Shown piece by piece: positions 1 to 12,600 of a stretch of 64,000 nucleotides of DNA. Source of the DNA: Mobula hypostoma. Lineage: Eukaryota. The stretch covers positions 107,696,001-107,760,000 of the forward strand of contig NC_086107.1 in NCBI RefSeq assembly GCF_963921235.1. Direction: 5' to 3'. The number at the start of each line of letters is the position of its first letter. The first letter of the stretch is position 1. Position numbers and translations under genes: made by a program. The notes beneath the pieces are model-generated. The model saw only the letters and a program-made list of their open reading frames with translations. It ran no database searches and was not told the origin of the DNA.

Positions 1-240
1 GGAGCCTGATGGTTGAAGGGTAATAACCATTCCTGAATCTGGTGGTGTGAGTCCTGAGGCTCCTGTACCACCTTCCTGAAGGCAGCAGTGAGAAAAGAAT
101 GTAAGAGCATCTCCTGAGTGGTGATGGTTCCTGTGCTGGTTGGGGGGGGGGGAGAGGGGAGGTTTTACCCATGATGAACTGGGCTGTATCGGCTACATTG
201 GTGTTTTCATAACAAGCTGTGATGCAGTCAGTCAATAGAC
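1..240 (-). mobile_element. Rex1/Babar-type LINE 3' fragment
   Basis: Minus strand encodes [31 protein letters not shown]. Confidence 0.7.
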
Positions 241-244
241 TGTC

Positions 245-612
245 ACCCCTTCTCCCTTGTTTTTTTTTAATTCCTCTTTCTGGCTCATCCTTCTCTTCTC
301 ACTTGCCAATTACCACCTTCTGATGACTCTCCTTCACTTTCTCCCACGTCCCACTCCTAACAGATCACTCCTTCAGCCCTTTACCTTTTTCCACCTATCA
401 CTTCCCAGTTTCTCACTTCCTTCCCCCTTATCTGGTTACACCTATCACCTTCTACCCTGTGCTCCTTCCCCTACCCTCACCTTATTCTGGTTTCTTCCAC
501 CTTTTTTCCCAGTCCTGATGAAGGGTTTTGGCTAGAAACATCGACTCTTTCTCCCTCTCCATAGATGTTGCTGACTTGCTGATTTCCAGTATCTGCAGAA
601 TCTTTTGGTTAT
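245..612 (+). mobile_element. Penelope-like element terminal repeat (pyrimidine-rich tract + hammerhead + tail)
   Basis: Co-linear with copies at 52005-52355 and 55495-55730. Confidence 0.65.
510..547 (+). ncRNA. Degenerate hammerhead ribozyme motif (same family)
   Basis: CAGTC-CTGATGA-AGGGTTTTGGCTA-GAAA-CATC-GACTC. Confidence 0.55.
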
Positions 613-3578
613 CTAAAATATTTCCACGATTTTTGGAGCCTAATTTCAATCAACTTCTAGACAGAAGCTGAGGCAACCTCTTGTTTTGCATGCTGTTTCT
701 TATTGTGCTATTTTGATCTTCTTATTAGTTTGAGACACATAAACAAATAGATAATGTCTATGAGATTTAGCATCAATAATTGATGGTATTAATCTGTTAT
801 CAAATGAAAAGGAAATCTAGCAATTGTGTGAGTTGGGAAGTTTTGGGAATACATCAGGTTTGCTGTTATCTGCAAAAAGTTCAAGAAAGATATTAGATAA
901 TGTAACTTGAGTAATGTAACAGAGAACCTCCCTGTTGTATTTCAGGTTTTCAGAGTAACGAGTTTATTTTCCCCCATTTGTAGTTGCAACAGCTAGAAAA
1001 CACTCTTACAATTATGGTGGGAAAGGTGGTTTGCAGGAGGGAATGATTTAGCAAACCAAAATATGTTTAGATGCACTCTGAGATTATGCAATTTCCTAGA
1101 TAGTGCATAGTTAAAATTTTGTATGAAGATAGAAATGTAAGTAATGGAAAACAACAGTGAGTAATAGCATTTCCTTTCTTTGAGAATAAAAATTAGTCAT
1201 ATTTTCTGATGCATTTCTAGCTAGGATCATTTATTTCTGTTGTACAAGGTTAGGCTGTTGAAAGCATATGCTTGAATTTAATTCATTGTTTCTTAAATTA
1301 TATAAATGCACTTGTGAGATTGTCATGCATGTTTTCTTGACGAGTTAGAAACCTGGTGGGGTGAATATTTGCAATAGCACAAAACATATTTGGCTTCTTG
1401 AAGGGTTTGGATCTTTTGTGGTAATAGATTTTATGGTAATGAAGCTTTTCCAGTTTTCAAAATCATTGCAGAAACTAAACTCATTTAAGTTGTCAGATCA
1501 TTTCTGTTTTGTGCAGAAATTGTGTATCATCTTTATACTAATTCACTGTTTCTGATTCATGTCTGTGCTGCTAAAACGTATGTGATTTGGATCACGGTAC
1601 ATCTTGTGCAGAGTTTTGTTTAAATTGATAAGTATATAGGAAGGTTGCAGTGACTCCTGCACACATACAACTCAAAATGGTGAGCTGAGCAGTTGCTGAT
1701 CTGCTGACAATGAGAGTACCCGCTCCTTGCAGTTTTCCTTGTAACATTTCTGGTCTGCATCACCCAACAGTTCGCATGTATTTCACACAAACTGGTACTA
1801 AATTGATTATTATTTGTTTCCAATTGGAAAAGGTTGATTACAGATTATCTCTACATTCTTAGAAAACTGTCCGTTTCTAACACAAGGCCTTGTCATTTGT
1901 GCCTGTGTCAAGAAACGAGTTGAAAAATCCAGAGTTTGCTTATTTTCTGTTTCACATCAATTCAGTGAGTGAATTTCATTCCATTTCTCATTATTTTGGG
2001 TAATGTTTGTGACTTCTGTTGGGATGAATTTCTGTAATCCAAATGGCTGTATTGCCTGTATTGCGAGGAAATAGCAGTTCTAAAGTGATGTGGTCAACAG
2101 GAAATATGAACAAAGGATGAGAGTCTGTATCCCACTAGACCTACTCTATTCAACGCTCTCTAAAATTGTATGTTCCACAAAGATTGCCTTTCTTTTCTGT
2201 GAACTCCAGTATTGATTGCTTTGCTGCAGCTATGACTGCTTACATCCAGAAGATTTTTGTCAAAGTGCCACATAAAAGGCTGTTGCACAAGATGAGAACG
2301 TTGTCTGTTAGCTTGTCGTGAAAACTGATCATTACACAGGAGGATGAGTCATTTTCGGGCTAAGAGGATATAATTAGTGGAGTGCACTAATTGGCTGTTC
2401 ATCCTTGATTATTTACTATCTATATTAATGATTTAGAGGAAAGAAAAGTACAAGACATCAGAGTTTTCAGATGATATGGAAACAGTTGGGAAGGCATGGT
2501 TGTTGGAATGAAGATGCAACAATAACAGTTTGTCATTATATAGCACAAAATGTCCAAAGTTTTTCACAAGAGCCCTTTAAGAAACTGATGTCAAACCACA
2601 CAAGAAGATTGTCACCAAAATGTTAAGTTAACTGTGAAGTTAGAATGGGACTGGATGGCTTTGGGTTGAATGACAGAGCCCAGAGCCTGGATGTTGAAGC
2701 ATGACAGTCATTTATGGAGCAATTCAGTTCAAGATAGTTGGGTCAAGTTACAAAGTCTTGGGCTGGGGAAGGTTGTGGATGTAGGTGAGGCTAAGAGCAT
2801 GGAGGGAATTGAATATAAAGCTGAGCTTTTTAAAACTTGAGGAATTGAATCATGGGAAACCAGTGCAAATTAACAAATTTGAGTGTGTAGTGGTACAAAG
2901 ATTACTGTCTGCTTCTATGTTCTGCTTGTGCAGCCAAATTCCAGGGTTGATGGTGTTCAGTTATGTTTATAAAGCTGTACGGTTTAACACTGCATCTAAC
3001 AGGTATTCTGATTGAAGTATTTTTTTGGCTCGCCCTCTCCCTGCCTTGTCATATTAGCTTCTAGTGATATGACGTGATAGTCTGTAGTAGCTTTTTGATT
3101 CATTAGGGTAAAAATGTAAATCCTGTGTGCTGTGTGACAATTTCCTTAAAATGCAGTGATAAGCTGCATTGGTTTAAATGTACCAGTATCAACCATGATA
3201 ACATTTCTGCCCCGAGGTTTCAGGGAAATGCATTTCTTTTTGCAAGTTTTAGGTGGCTTTTTCTGCAAAAAAGAAATGAGGTTAGAGGGGGGGAAAAGAA
3301 ACAAATTGTGAAGTAATCCTTTTTGTGACCTAGTCCCTGAAATTAGGCAAGACTTAAATTTTCAGGGTACCTATGCAATCCTGGGGATAGAAGGAGAAGT
3401 AGCATTGTAGTTCAAAAAGGTTTAAATCAGTTGAATGGGATAATAAAAGACCATTTCAACAACAAAAATCTGAAAAAAAACTTAATAAATACAGAAAATT
3501 CGCAGAATCAAAGTCAAAGTAAAAAAGCTTAATGATTTTGACTCAGCTGATTTTACTATTTTTCTTCTTTTCCTCTAG

Positions 3579-3653
3579 GGCTCCATGAAAGGTGGGAACA
3601 ATGACACATGGATAAACCCTCTCTCTACTCAGTTTTCCAAAATGGGATTACTG
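3579..3653 (+). CDS. TNRC6B: TNRC6B exon ([25 protein letters not shown]), 75 nt
   Basis: Polypyrimidine tract + TAG acceptor, GTAAGA donor, phase 0-0. Confidence 0.92.
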
Positions 3654-6600
3654 GTAAGAGCAGCTTTACTGAATATGCTGAAGCCCTGATGTACCTGCTT
3701 TGCCAGTTAAATTTACCACATTAAGCCTATTGCTGACTAGACTTAGCACTGTAAGCTTCATGTCAAAAAAGTAGTTGTGTGACAAAAAAATAAGACTAAC
3801 GATTGTTGTACGTTGTTGTGCCATTCAGAACCAAATGAAAATATCAATACTCTCATCGTTTATTTATTCTCCTTGCAAATGTTTTTATCAGTGCAAAATA
3901 TACAGCAGAAAAGAACCACAAGCTTTAATGTGCAATTCATTTCCTGTGTTTTGCCCTTAATTTTTTTTACCTCAAATTTCACCAGCAGTTCCTGCCACCA
4001 CCAGACTTTAGACTCTGCAACTTTAACTTGAAGTCATATAACACAAAATGTAACATATTAGGTCTTGCTGACACATAACTCTATATAGGAAGGTTCAATA
4101 ATTATGCAGCTGGGTGCTTTTAACAGTTCAAATGGACTAAATACAAGAATAAAGTGTTCCAGTAAGATTTATGCAGCGCATTTTGTTGTGTTTTATACTA
4201 CAGCCGACATAGCCTCTATGTCACAAGAGGCTTAGAGTAATGAGGCTTGGTCAGGCTTAATATTGCAAATTACGCAACCAATCCCAATGATGACTGACCA
4301 TTACATGATCTGCAGTTTCGCAGTGAAAATGGCAACAAGTTCAGAGAGTGAAATCTTGCATTGGTTCATAATTGATTAAGTCCCTCACAAGAGATATCAT
4401 TTCTGAACTCTGTCTTAAAACCACACAAGCCGGCGATATTCAGGAGCTATATAGCATAAAATGACAATATTGGGTTACAGCCAGCATTTATTTATTGCCT
4501 AAAAGTCTTTAAAAAGATTGGGGTTATTTGTATGTTTTGTGGTTATCGCTATTTGATACTAGAGATTACAGTTGCACATATCAACCCTAATGCTTGATTG
4601 GAGGCACTTGGGGTTATTTATTTGTTTACTTAGCGATACAGAGTAGCCCCTTCTGACCCATCGAGCCGTGCCGCCTCAGCAACCCCACAACCCCGATTAA
4701 CCCTAACCTAATTACAGGGCAGTTTACAATGTCTAATTAATCTACCTGGTATGGCTTTGAGACTGGAGCACCCAGGGAAAACCCACACATTCCACTACAG
4801 AACGGCGCCAGAATTAAACTCTGAACACTGGAATGCCCAGAGCTGTAACAGCATTTTGCTAATCTCTACACTACCATAATTGTTTCTAGTAATAAGAGCA
4901 AACTATATATATAGAGGACCTTAACTTTCTGTGGAGGTACTAAGTAGGAATGTTATAGCAGAGGGTTCTATTTATTGTATACTTGGAATACAGTGTTTTA
5001 GTCTGCTTATTATTTGGTTCAGAGCTGTGTTCAGATTGCTATTTTATTGTAGGTGCATATTATTAGTATATGGAAGAAATAATAAAGTTTATGATTAGTC
5101 TACCTGTGCGCGTGCTATAAATAAGGATTTAAATTGGAAATGGTTGGAGCATTTTAACAGGAAAACCCTGTTATTTAAAAGCTCTTGGAAGAATTTTAAA
5201 ACAATTGTTAATGATAATCTTTTCATCCAGAGATCAAATTTAACCCTTACCAATTTCGTAAAATGCTTTCCTCTTTTGCTGAATTCTGATCAAATAGGAA
5301 TGTGCTGAACATAGATTGTCAGACATTAATCCTTCCTATGGTTTTTGAGGGGTGGCTTGGTCAAAAGAAATCTAGCAATAAGGGGCAAGAGGAAACTGGC
5401 TTTAACATTTGAATGTTTTATTTGTATTCATGGTATCCTTGCTTTACTTGCAGAGGGAGTCTTCCGAAGACAGTGTTGGTAACAAAATGGACTTAACTGT
5501 TGGTGAGTGTTAAAACATGATATAGGCTATTTCAGACAGAGAAAAGATTGCAGATCTGGTACTTGTACTAAATTGTACTCTTATCAAACAATATTCAAGT
5601 GATAGTGCTGGGGTTGAAAATTGATGATTGCAATCTTACTACCTTCTATCGTGAATGCTAAATATTATTTGGGTGCATTTCAGACCAGTTGCAATTCAGT
5701 TTAAAACAGAAGATGCTGGAAAGACTCGGGAAGTCAAACAGCATCTCTGTGAAAGAGTCTCAAGTCTGGGACCCTTCCTCGTATAATTCTCTTTCCACAG
5801 AATCTGCCTGACCTGCTGAGTTTTTCAAGCATCTTTGGTTTATATTTCAGATTTACTGCATCTGAAGTTTTTGTTTTGATTTTTTGGTCTCAATAACTTG
5901 GCTTTTCCTTCATGTAGAAAACATCAAGTGAAAAGAGTCCACAACTTCATCAATATTTATGAATAAGTTAGTCTTCCGCAGTCTGGCTGGCTTTCAAGAG
6001 GGGTTTCACTGGACCAATTATCCATTGAGAGAAAGCCAAATCATAAATGCCAAAGCCTAGGACACTGCATTCCAGTTCTTGTCAGGCTTTATTAATAAGG
6101 TAGATCAAGATATGACCTGTGAGGAGGTCACAAAAAGTTTACAGAAGGATGTAGATGGGTTGAGCACAAAGGCAAGAAAATGATGGGGAATTCAAGGTGA
6201 GATTGCTTACTTTCATTAGGAAAAAGTACTTTATGGGCGGCTATTATATGTGTAATGATAATGTACAAATGTGACCATCTAGGAATGCAAAGATTTATTG
6301 GTATTTACCTGTGCTAGATTCTAGATTCTAATGGTGTAGGTGCTGGGAAGCCATTTCCTTGGTAAAAATCTACAACTAGGGAAATGGGCTCAAAATAAGT
6401 ACTAATTTATTTTGAGGTTAAAAATTTTTCAGGGATCTTATAAACCTTTGAAACCTTTTACTTCCAAGAGTTATGAATATTGAAATGTTAAGTATATTCA
6501 GGTTGGGATTAATAGATTTCTGGACTTTGAGGGAGATGATAAATGAACATGGTTGCTGAATATTGGAGCAGATTTGGGAAATCTGTATGGCCAACTCCTA

Positions 6601-9600
6601 TTTACTCTGGCTAAATATCTTTGTTAAATAAGCTTAGAATGTGAATGGAGGCTTTGATTTTCTGGTCTTGATTATGGTGTCCTCTAATAACTATATACTG
6701 TTGAATAATTAATTATGTCCCTTTTGGGTCGGGTGGGGTGCAGATTAATTGGGGTTCTCTCCATAGTTAAGCTTCTGCATTTTTAAAAATTTCTAGGTGG
6801 TCTACCAGACAAAAAGCTGGAATCTGATAAAAGAGGAATGAACATGGATTACAATGGAATGATGAGGAAGGATAGATCGGGATTCCGGCCATCAAATTCC
6901 AAAGATTCGCCCACCACAGACAGTGGACCCTACTTTGAGAAGGTGAGAACTGTGGTGGTAGTCCGTCGTACTTGATGATAGGAAACCTGTGTAGGATAGT
7001 CTCCGTGGAAAAGTTGTTGCACTGGGGCAGTTTCACTCTTGACCTCGGAAGTCTGGGTTGAGTGGCACTAATAGTCATTAAATGGGGTCGTCTTTGGTTG
7101 CAGTGGATGACCATAACTTCATCCGTGCCTCATCATGTTCTTTGCTCTCCACAGAGCATTGCAGAACGCCTTCCTGGCCATCGGATCTCATTGAATATCT
7201 AATCTGCCCTGTCTGCAGGAGCTGATTTTGCAAGCTAAGACAGGCATATCCCTAGAGCAAAAGGGTATGAGGCACAATGGTTACTCTCACCTGCTTTAAC
7301 CCACATGTCAAAGCAGTGTATTGTGGTGTAGCCACTGTTGTATGCAAACAGCTAGTTGGAGTCACAGGTGGGGAACAAAGGTGAATGAGCTGCCCCAGAT
7401 TGGACACAAGCAGCCCCTTGACTAGAGGTGCTACCCTTTCCTAGACACGCCATGCATCCCTGTTGAAACCTCCACTAGTAGAGAATATATACATTTATGT
7501 AAACTTCTCAACTCTTCCATAAATATCTTAAACACATTTATCTGCTAATCCAAATCTAATGAGATCTGAAACTCGAGAAAATCTGGAGATGCTGGAAATC
7601 CAAAGCACGCACACAAAATGCTGGAGCAACTTAGTAGACCGGGTAGCATCTATGGAAAAGAGTAAATGTCAACTGTTTACTCTTTTCCATAAGTGCTCCC
7701 TCACCTACTGACTTCCTCCAGCATTTTGTGTGTGTTTTTCTAATGAGATTAGATTGTGTTTTGGGTTGGACCTGATTGTGTTCTTCAAAACATTAGGGAT
7801 TTGAATGGCCAGGCCATTCAGCTTGTACTTTATCCAAGTAAATTTTACTATGTGTCTGGGTGTGGCAACTGTGTAAGGTATTACTCAGCCAGGGAACAAA
7901 TGAAGGTCCTAAAGATTATTTTCAGTAAGTGACTTCAAGTTTGACTCTGTGTCGGTGGCACAGTGTGATACACAATGAGTTTGGGCTGGGATATTGCCCA
8001 GGATCAGCAGTGGCTTTTCTAGTGTTGGCCTCAAGTTTGCCTTGGTATCACAGTCAGGCAATGTCATTCAGTGATGGGATAATCAGGGAGGTTGGGCGGT
8101 GGGGGGGGGGGGAGTGAGAGTGGAGATTGACAGGAGGTGCATGAGGGACTTTGATTGTCTTTAATGTGTGTAGGTATCATCTGACTGCATCATTTGTGGT
8201 AATGCGATTTTCTGCCTGCATCTCTAGGTTGGGCGTGGAATAAAATGTTCAGGCCAGATTTGGACTGGGTGCAGTTATGTCAGGTTTTAATTTTCACTTT
8301 AATTTTAATTCTGAACACAATATCAGAGAGAGGAACAATTTTGTTAAATAATATAGTACATCAAAAGACATTGGAAGATCACCTATCACTTTGCCATGTA
8401 TAGATAGTAGATGTTGGAAATAGATCACTGGAGAGAGATAATTAATATTTTGCATTGAAGACTTTCCATCATAACTGGCAAGTGTGACAGAAGTGTATTT
8501 TAATCATGGAAGAGAAGGATGGGGGGGGGAAGTAAATGATCAGTTAGTGAAGTGCAGAAGAAATTAGATGGTATGTGAAAGGGAGAAGCAAATTAAATAT
8601 AAACAAAGCTCTGGAAATATCTGGGTCATCAGATTTTTAGCTTGTAACTTTATTTCTTTGAAATTAAAGGGCTATTAACCAAGAGATAAGGGTGTTCAGA
8701 TAGTTTTGTGTGAGCTCCTTAGATCCACTACATCTGAATGGAAGCACCCCAGCTGGATATTATTGTTAGTACGGGCTATCACTTAAATCCCACTGCCCCT
8801 TTAAGTCAGAGTCAAGAGGTTAACTATTGAGTGGAGCCACAAGGGAACATTATTTTTCGCCTCTGTATCATTTGCATTTAAGGTAGTTGCTTATCAAAAA
8901 ATGGAAGCTCATCATTAGTTTGGTTGTACTAAACTTGCTTTTAATTTAAATCTAGAATTTAAATTTTTTGCACAAATACTGAGATTTTCATAGAATATTT
9001 CTTGAATTGATCAACTTCCCCTCTACCTTTCTAGTTCCTTGTTAGAATTAAATTTATGATCTGGTTTGCTCTAAGCAAGCTATTTTCTATTTCTCTGTAT
9101 AATGCAAGTGGAATGTGCTAATTGTTCAGCATATTGATTTTAATTATTTATTATTGAGATAGAGCACAGAATAGCCCCTTCTGGCCCTTCAAACCACACC
9201 ACCCAGCAAACCCTCAATTTAATCTGAGCCTAGTCATGGGACAATTTGCAATTTCAAATTAACCTACCAACTGGTACATCTTTGGACTGTGGGAGGAAAC
9301 TGAAGCACCTGGAGGAAACCCACATGGTACAAATTCCTTACAGGCAGCGGCAGGAATTGAACCCAAATCATCTGTACTGTAAAGCATTGTGCTAACCAAA
9401 TTTGTGCTGCAAATTTGGGAGCTGCTGTCGCTTTTGTGAGCCCCTTCTCCTATCTTATTCTGCCAAAGTATGAGTCTAGGGAGCAGAATTCTGTGGTATA
9501 AGTACTACAGATTAGTAGAAGCTTCTGTGCCCATGATGTTTTTTCAACTATTTACTTCCCGTCTAATTATAGTGTGTTAAATCAGAGTAGAGAGAGTGTA

Positions 9601-12600
9601 AACCAGCATTGATCACATAAATGCAATTCTAAATGGACAAATGAGTTTGTTGCATTAAGTATTAACAGACTTGCATTACTTGCATTATACAGAGAAATAG
9701 AAAATAGAAATTAACAGTGGGTTCTTGGATTGTTAGATTAGACAAGAGAAAAAATATCCTGCAGTAGAAGAATTGCTGTGTTGCTGTAGAAAGCTAAGTT
9801 GTTCCCTGTGTGTGATGAGGGGTTTTTATGTGAAAGTTTGATTATGGCACTAATATTGTCTTACTGTGTGCGTGAGGCCTAACTGCTGTCTTATTTTTGT
9901 TTCTTCTTCCCGCTCTACCCGCAAATCATTTTTGTGCTGTTTCCTTGTCTGTTTCTTACCCCTACCTTCTACCCCTTTCTTTCCCCCTCCTCATCCCTAA
10001 CACCAACTGCATGCTGATTGGCTAACCGTCCTTCAGCTGACTTTGCCTTTCTCCAATCAAGATGGGTGCCTGTCTGACGAGGCACCTAACTCGCCCTTCT
10101 CCCCTCCTCCGAGCTGCAAGCTGTCTCCCTCGGGCACTGCTCTACCCACCGCCAACCTCGGCTGCATCGGCTCTGGTTTTAACATGCAAAACCTAAACGC
10201 TAGACACGTAAGGGTTCTTTCTGAATGTGTCTTGTGAAGGGATGTCATGATACTATGCAATCTAAGTGAGCAAATCTTAGTTCTTTTTCTGTCTACACTT
10301 TCCTGTCACAAGCTGAGTCCACCAACTAGTAAGGTTATCAATAAGTGTTCTATAAGGAGCAAGTTTAAGCCTTGCCCCATTTTCTCTCTCTCTCTCCCCC
10401 CCCCCAATGCTTTTAGGCAGGCCTCTTCATACTTATTTCTTTCTGTTTTTCATTTCCCTTGTCCTCCATTCAATCAGTTGTATTTTTTGTACCACAGCAA
10501 CATTGAAAGTGCACAGAAAAAGAGTACCCAACGATTTAAGAATTGTCATAATTGGGATGAGTATAGTGGGGAAAAGTGCATTTATTTTATTAAAACATTG
10601 CTTGATATGTTGTAAAATGTCATTTGTTATGATTGTGTTGTGCAATGAAGTGCTTTCTGATCATTTATTGGTACTTCCCCATGCACTCCCAAGAAAGATT
10701 CATATTGATTAATTTCTTGCATGGCTGATTTTATTTCTGGGGTCTTTTTCTATCATATTTTTGTGATGGTTTGTGCTAAATTGGGAAATGTTGTCATTCA
10801 TCAACAAATGTGCCCATCATACTCCACTTTCTATCCACAAGGGAGCTGGACTCTCACGTGCCTGAGCTTAGGCAGAGAGAGTTAGGACCTCCTGAGTGGT
10901 TGTGATCTGTTCTTGTCAGAGTTCAGTTCTGAAACCTAAATTCCCTTCCTTGATCCCTCCCCTAAATCACTTGTGTACAATGTTCTCTTACTGTTAAGCC
11001 AGGCAAGACCCTAAGGTTACAGCAAACTACTCTGCTGCAGCTCTGTAGTTAAGAACTTAGTGTTTAATCCAAATCCTGACCGCCCGAACCCTCTCGCATT
11101 TTAAATCTGAAATGCTGTTTGTAACAGTGCATTCAAAGGGCAAGCTGGAGGATCAGAGGATAGAATAGGTTGGGTGGAAGGATTTGAATGATGATGGTGA
11201 TGTTAATTGTTGTGGAGGATATTTGCTATGGTGAGTATTATGCAATGTTATGAATCAGTCAATTTTAAATGATAGCTGAGGTTCCATTGTGGCTTCTTTA
11301 ACAACACTTTTCTGAAGAGAAAAGAATAACACCACCAGACTCCAGGTGGGTTCTGAAGCTGAATCTCTTGTGACATGTAGGAGGTAGCTTTGCAAGCACA
11401 CATGGGGAAAGTAACAAAGTGCTGAGGGAAGGTGGCTAATCCATTTGGACTTCTGTAACAGTTTCTTTTGCTGCAATTTCCTACATGCTAAATGGAATGT
11501 TGCACAACTTCACGCAAGCAAGGGATTTCTTTCTGTCCTGGTGTTTGTGACAATAAATTAATCTGAACTATGGGGATTGCATAGAATTGCTATCCTTTAC
11601 ACTGGGCATGTGTGAATGTTTTTGTGTTTCCTGTGGTGATTCTCCTCTTGGCTGGATTAGGCTTCAAGTTAGACTGTATAAAAATATTCAATGCAAGGAA
11701 ATTTAATTGATTTAACACTTGTATTAACTCTCTTCCTGTCTGTTTTTGTCTCTTACACACACAGAATGGCAATCATGGTTTATTTGGCAGTAGCACAGCA
11801 CAATCCAGAGGTGTGCACGCGCCCCAGGTGCCGTCCATGAATTCATCCCAGCCTAACCTTCGGGCTCAAGTGCCTCCGCAGTTCCTGCCCCCTCCTCAGG
11901 TATGTAACATGGAGTCCACTTCGACTCACTCCCCTTTATCCTCACGGTACCTTCATTTGGAGAGAGTGGGCTGCATTCTGATTGGAGAGTCTGGATTTTG
12001 AGAGTGATCAGTTCTTGGTTTTGGAATCATACACAAAGTCTAGGCTAAACATTGGATGTTTGACTGAAATTTTTTTTTAAAGTGCTGGAAGTTATCATGA
12101 TATCCGTGGAGAGAGAACCGCCTAACATTTTAGGTCAATGGAAAATCATTGTTTTGAAACATTAGCTTCGATATTTTTTTTCCCAGAGATGCCATCTGAT
12201 GTACTGAGCATTCTGTTTTTATTTCAAGTTCTAGCTTTTGCACTTTTTGGCATTTGGATGTTTAACAGTGGGTGCCCATTGTGAAAACTGAATCATTTTC
12301 CAACACTGGTATGCTCTTAGTATAAACTTCCTTATGCAGAGGTACCGGACATCTGATGCAATGCTGTCATCTTTGCTGCTTGACCTGATGTCCTTAATTG
12401 TAGAGGATATTAGCAGAGTTAAATTGATAAATGTATTTTTTAGTTTTGTTAGGTGATATTTATAGTTTCATCTATTAAATGCTAAATAGATTTTTTGGCT
12501 TGTTTGCAGGTTCCTGCCCCTATGTTGAAGCATGCCACTCCAAATGGTGCCCTGAACCCAGCCCTGTTTGGCCTCGGTCCTCAGCTAACCCCTCAACAAA

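Noticed and set aside
5433..5441. GTATCCTT, matching the U12 5' splice-site consensus
   Set aside because: It sits in the pyrimidine tract about 20 nt before a normal acceptor, with no exon upstream that would use it; all assigned introns are ordinary GT-AG.
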